Part shown: one piece after another, positions 58,770 through 59,294 of the stretch
Layout of the letters: the number at the start of each line of letters is the position of its first letter
Position numbering within the stretch: position 1 is the first letter of the stretch
Origin: an uncultured Bacilli bacterium
GTDB lineage: Bacteria; Bacillota_I; Bacilli_A; RF39; UBA660
Assembly: GCA_947593955.1 (NCBI GenBank)
Contig: CANQDV010000002.1
Span: forward strand, 1-59,294
Direction: 5' to 3'
DNA length: 59,294 bases
Notes under the pieces: generated by a model
Databases searched by the model: none
Told to the model about the DNA's origin: nothing
Seen by the model: only the letters and a program-made list of their open reading frames with translations
Translations under genes and position numbers: made by a program

Positions 58770-59216
58770 ATGATTAAGATAATTTGTGTTGGTCAATTAA
58801 AAGAAACATATTTAAAAGATGCTGTTAAAGAATATATTAAAAGAATAAGCAAATATACTAAAGTTAATTTGATAGAAGTTAATGATATGAATAATGGTGA
58901 GATTTTAAAGAAGGAAAAAGAAGAAATATTTAAGTACATTGATTCTAAAGATTATATTGTTACATTAGACATAGAAGGTAAAGAAATGGATTCTATTACT
59001 TTTGCTAAAACAATTGATAATATATTTATTTATAATAGTAATATTACTTTTATAATAGGAGGATCATACGGTTTAGATGACGAAATTAAAAAAATTTCCA
59101 ATTTAAGGTTATCTTTTTCTAAAATGACGTTTCCTCATCAATTATTTAGAGTTATGTTGTTAGAACAGGTATATAGAGCTTTTAAAATAAATCATAATGA
59201 AGAATATCATAAATAA
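58770..59216 (+). CDS. rlmH: 23S rRNA (pseudouridine1915-N3)-methyltransferase
   Basis: 148 aa SPOUT protein; FIIGGSYG and MTFPHQLFRVMLLEQVYRA motifs. Confidence 0.92.
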   Translation: MIKIICVGQLKETYLKDAVKEYIKRISKYTKVNLIEVNDMNNGEILKKEKEEIFKYIDSKDYIVTLDIEGKEMDSITFAKTIDNIFIYNSNITFIIGGSYGLDDEIKKISNLRLSFSKMTFPHQLFRVMLLEQVYRAFKINHNEEYHK

Positions 59217-59294
59217 GATTTGCAACAGAAATGAACTAGTCAAGTAAAAGTAGACAATTTAAAAAGACACATTTAAAACCCTGATTCAATCTTG

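Overview
This is a 59.3-kb, very AT-rich (by eye about 25-30% G+C) chromosomal segment of a low-GC Firmicute, centred on the replication origin. Every gene from 108 to 20289 is on the minus strand and every gene from 20619 to 59216 is on the plus strand. The switch lies at the divergent rpmH/dnaA pair, and DnaA-box-like 9-mers sit on both sides of dnaA (bipartite oriC). Gene order follows the Bacillus subtilis origin map. Left arm: rpsF-ssb-rpsR, ychF, DUF951, parB(spo0J)-parA(soj), noc, rsmG-mnmG-mnmE, jag-yidC-rnpA-rpmH. Right arm: dnaA-dnaN-[comK-like]-recF-gyrB-gyrA, ffs, tadA, dnaX-ybaB-recR-bofA, holB-ricT-trmN6-rsmI-pth-mfd, spoVT, T-box-dut-metG, tatD, 3D-domain protein, ksgA, a 4-gene insert, yabG-veg, spoVG, yabP-yabQ, DHH phosphoesterase-rplI-dnaB, M23 peptidase, yycJ-like MBL hydrolase, rlmH. 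The sporulation genes (bofA, spoVT, yabG, spoVG, yabP, yabQ) indicate an endospore former. The genetic code is standard (TGA is used as a stop). I saw no rRNA, tRNA, CRISPR array, transposase or integrase. The main signal not explained by ORFs is a set of eight perfect GC-cored 16-bp palindromes between gyrA and mid-dnaX. They match exactly the canonical ParB site parS (3 copies) and the Noc-binding site NBS (5 copies). They are interleaved, and some lie inside a decayed tandem duplication of the tadA-dnaX junction. The Noc encoded in this window lacks the N-terminal extension that carries the membrane-targeting helix in B. subtilis Noc. Other accessory items are a roughly 720-aa modular type IV pilin-like protein with a 47-residue leader, a comK-like gene in the dnaN-recF slot, a Met T-box controlling a dUTPase-metG operon, two MacB-like fused ABC transporters with a membrane-anchored partner, and a short (about 77 nt) SRP RNA. 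All protein calls rest on motif recognition by eye and on synteny. No database search was possible.
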